Shown one piece after another: positions 62,352-64,000 of a stretch of 64,000 nt of DNA (positions are counted from its first letter, which is position 1; the number at the start of each line of letters is the position of its first letter). The notes below the pieces were generated by a model. The model was not told where the DNA came from. It searched no databases and was given only the letters and a program-made list of their open reading frames with translations. A program made the translations under genes and the position numbers. This DNA is from an uncultured Pantoea sp. (GTDB lineage Bacteria; Pseudomonadota; Gammaproteobacteria; Enterobacterales; Enterobacteriaceae), in assembly GCA_913775175.1 (NCBI GenBank), contig CAJYKU010000018.1, positions 78,573-142,572 of the forward strand. Reading direction: 5' to 3'.

Positions 62352-63491
62352 ATGTTAGTGAACGACGTGATTTCCCGCTCTCAGACCAAATCAGCTAAGG
62401 CGTTAACGCCTCTGCTTGAGATCCATAATCTGACCAAATCCTTTGATGGTCAGCACGCCGTCGATGATGTCAGTCTGACTATCTATAAAGGTGAAATATT
62501 TGCACTGCTGGGCGCATCTGGCTGTGGCAAATCCACGCTGCTGCGTATGCTGGCAGGGTTTGAGATCCCCAGCAGCGGGCAGATTGTGCTGGATGGTCAG
62601 GATTTATCACATGTCCCGCCCTATCAGCGTCCGATCAATATGATGTTTCAGTCCTATGCGCTGTTTCCACATATGACCGTTGAGCAGAATATTGCGTTTG
62701 GCCTGAAGCAGGACAAGTTAGCAAAAGGTGAAATCAGCAGTCGTGTGGCAGAAATGCTGGCGCTGGTGCATATGGAGGAGTACGCCAGACGTAAGCCGCA
62801 CCAACTCTCTGGCGGTCAGCGGCAGCGCGTTGCGCTGGCGCGCAGTCTGGCCAAGCGTCCTAAACTGCTGCTGCTGGATGAGCCGATGGGGGCTCTGGAT
62901 AAAAAGCTGCGTGACCGTATGCAGCATGAGGTTGTGGATATTCTGGAGCGCGTCGGCGCAACCTGCGTAATGGTTACGCACGATCAGGAAGAAGCGATGA
63001 CCATGGCAGGGCGTATCGCCATTATGAATCGCGGCAAATTTGTCCAGATTGGTGAGCCGGAAGAGATTTATGAGCATCCGACCAGCCGCTATAGCGCGGA
63101 ATTTATCGGCTCAGTAAATGTGTTTGATGGCCTGCTGCGCGAACGGCGTGAGGATGGCGTGGTGCTCGATTCTCCTGGCCTGAGGCACCCGTTGAAAATC
63201 CAGACCGACGTTTCTGTCGTCGATAATGTGCCGGTACACGTTGCGCTGCGCCCGGAAAAAGTGATGTTGTGTGACACCGTACCCGCTGATGGCTGCAACT
63301 TTGCAGTCGGCGAAGTGGTACATATTGCCTATCTTGGCGATTTATCGATTTATCATGTACGCCTCCATAGCGGCCAGATGATCAGTGCCCAGCTACAGAA
63401 TGCCCATCGCTATCGCAAAAGTGCTCCGACCTGGGGAGATGAAGTGCGTCTCTGCTGGGATGCCGATAGTTGTGTGGTGCTGACGGTATAA
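62352..63491 (+). CDS. potG: Putrescine ABC transporter ATP-binding protein
   Basis: GASGCGKST, LSGGQRQRVALARSLAKRPK, C-terminal TOBE-like domain. Confidence 0.95.
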   Translation: MLVNDVISRSQTKSAKALTPLLEIHNLTKSFDGQHAVDDVSLTIYKGEIFALLGASGCGKSTLLRMLAGFEIPSSGQIVLDGQDLSHVPPYQRPINMMFQSYALFPHMTVEQNIAFGLKQDKLAKGEISSRVAEMLALVHMEEYARRKPHQLSGGQRQRVALARSLAKRPKLLLLDEPMGALDKKLRDRMQHEVVDILERVGATCVMVTHDQEEAMTMAGRIAIMNRGKFVQIGEPEEIYEHPTSRYSAEFIGSVNVFDGLLRERREDGVVLDSPGLRHPLKIQTDVSVVDNVPVHVALRPEKVMLCDTVPADGCNFAVGEVVHIAYLGDLSIYHVRLHSGQMISAQLQNAHRYRKSAPTWGDEVRLCWDADSCVVLTV

Positions 63492-63501
63492 GGAGAGCAC
63501 G

Positions 63502-64000
63502 ATGAGTCAGATTTCTCAACGCCGTCAGCCAGTGCTGGCAGGTACGCCGCTGCAGCGCTGGGCGACGCGCATCAAAATGCAGCATGGTCGCAAGCTGGTG
63601 ATCGCACTGCCCTATCTGTGGCTGATCCTGCTGTTTCTGCTGCCATTTCTTATCGTCCTGAAGATCAGTTTCGCCGATATTGCGCGCGCTATTCCACCCT
63701 ATACCGATCTGGTGAGTTGGGCGGACGATCAGCTGAATATTGTGCTAAATCTGGGGAATTACTTCACTCTGACTGATGACCCGCTCTATGCTGAGGCCTA
63801 TCTTACCTCACTCAGGATTGCGGCGATTTCAACGGTGATCTGCCTGCTGATTGCCTATCCGCTTGCCTGGGCCGTGGCACACAGCAAGCCCTCAATGCGC
63901 ACTATTCTGCTGCTGCTGGTGATCCTGCCCTCATGGACCTCGTTCCTGGTGCGTGTTTACGCCTGGATGGGGCTGCTGAATAACAACGGGATCCTCAATC
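63502..64000 (+). CDS. potH: Putrescine ABC transporter permease, 3'-truncated by the window edge
   Basis: AAGGAG RBS; reads ..GRKLVIALPYLWLILLFLLPFLIVLKISF..ILPSWTSFLVRVYAWMG. Confidence 0.92.
   Translation, partial: MSQISQRRQPVLAGTPLQRWATRIKMQHGRKLVIALPYLWLILLFLLPFLIVLKISFADIARAIPPYTDLVSWADDQLNIVLNLGNYFTLTDDPLYAEAYLTSLRIAAISTVICLLIAYPLAWAVAHSKPSMRTILLLLVILPSWTSFLVRVYAWMGLLNNNGILN

Overview
Gene-dense chromosomal window from an enterobacterium, probably Erwiniaceae (Pantoea/Erwinia-like). That assignment is inferred from gene content and codon style, not demonstrated. The backbone follows the E. coli 18-19 min order: dinG-ybiB ... rlmF-glnQPH-dps-rhtA-ompX-mntS-mntR-ybiR ... ybiT-moeBA-iaaA-gsiABCD-rimO-yliI-dacC-ybjG-rybB-ybjL-ybjM-grxA-ybjC-nfsA-rimK-ybjN-potFGH. 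To its left lie an osmF(yehZ)-yehYXW-yohO-mlrA block, a sigma28-driven chemoreceptor, idi and a SUFU-domain gene. Accessory genes include an M20 amidohydrolase, a ~1,600-aa invasin/intimin-type inverse autotransporter with three near-identical 297-bp repeats, a flavin reductase, an EmrAB-OMF efflux operon, an H-NS paralog, DUF4385, a beta-carbonic anhydrase and a second PAP2 phosphatase. Read directly from the DNA and absent from the ORF track: yohO, the sRNA RybB with its sigmaE promoter, LexA/NtrC/sigma54/MntR/MlrA-like/PmrA-like sites and a candidate 29-aa membrane peptide. The most interesting leads are (1) an MntS-like small protein with extra Cys-rich arms (CxxCxxCxH), (2) a candidate LexA-repressed promoter driving an unrecognised 63-aa ORF divergent from the H-NS paralog, and (3) the repeat-bearing adhesin with an unrecognised tip domain. 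I saw no IS, prophage, CRISPR, tRNA or rRNA. All family assignments are from recalled motifs; no database searches were run.
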